Assembly (NCBI GenBank): GCA_028276785.1
Contig: JAPYVP010000028.1
Coordinates: 1-5,001 of the forward strand
DNA: 5,001 bases
From: Candidatus Nanopusillus sp.
GTDB lineage: Archaea; Nanobdellota; Nanobdellia; Nanobdellales; Nanobdellaceae
Direction of reading: 5' to 3'
Both the position numbers and the translations under genes were made by a program. This document shows positions 4,918-5,001 of this stretch, one piece after another; the first letter of the stretch is position 1, and every line of letters starts with the position of its first letter. The notes beneath the pieces are model-generated. The model was not told where the DNA came from and did not search any database. It saw nothing but the letters and a program-made list of their open reading frames with translations.

Positions 4918-5001
4918 GCTATAATGTTAGCCTTTTAATCTCAGATCATATTTTTTACTTAATTTAATGTAGACATAATTTAATTAATAATAAAAAATTA
5001 T

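Noticed and set aside
1-5001. CRISPR arrays, rRNA, transposons, toxin-antitoxin or known defence genes
   Set aside because: Scanning both strands by eye, I saw no regularly spaced direct repeats beyond the single 2 x 11-nt tandem at 748-769. I also saw no nuclease, ATPase or defence-type motifs and no terminal inverted repeats.

Overview
AT-rich window (by eye about three quarters A+T), gene-dense and archaeal in style. Every feature I can support is on the minus strand. In + coordinates the order is as follows. (1) An archaeal type IV pilin-like surface protein with a class III signal peptide; its C-terminus runs off the window (1-703). (2) A GC-rich, intron-less tRNA-Val(UAC) (805-877). (3) A thiol-redox / Fe-S gene cluster (905-3756): a PDO-type protein disulfide oxidoreductase, an unknown Cys-free ORF, thioredoxin reductase, a DUF59/MIP18 Fe-S assembly protein and an unknown 122-aa four-Cys ORF. 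The last three are linked by overlapping stop/start codons. (4) A DUF763-family protein of unknown function (3792-4886). Four start codons are preceded at a fixed 20-23 nt by the identical octamer TTTATAAA, with no Shine-Dalgarno-like sequence. This suggests leaderless transcripts from archaeal TATA boxes packed into 35-47 nt spacers. I see no CRISPR array, transposase, integrase or recognisable defence gene. The best candidates for something undescribed are the trxB-DUF59-orf122 coupled module together with the orphan orf143, and the DUF763 gene. Family assignments come from motif recognition by eye and need HMM or structure confirmation. The host inference (a thermophilic, small-genome archaeon, possibly nanoarchaeote-like) is speculative.
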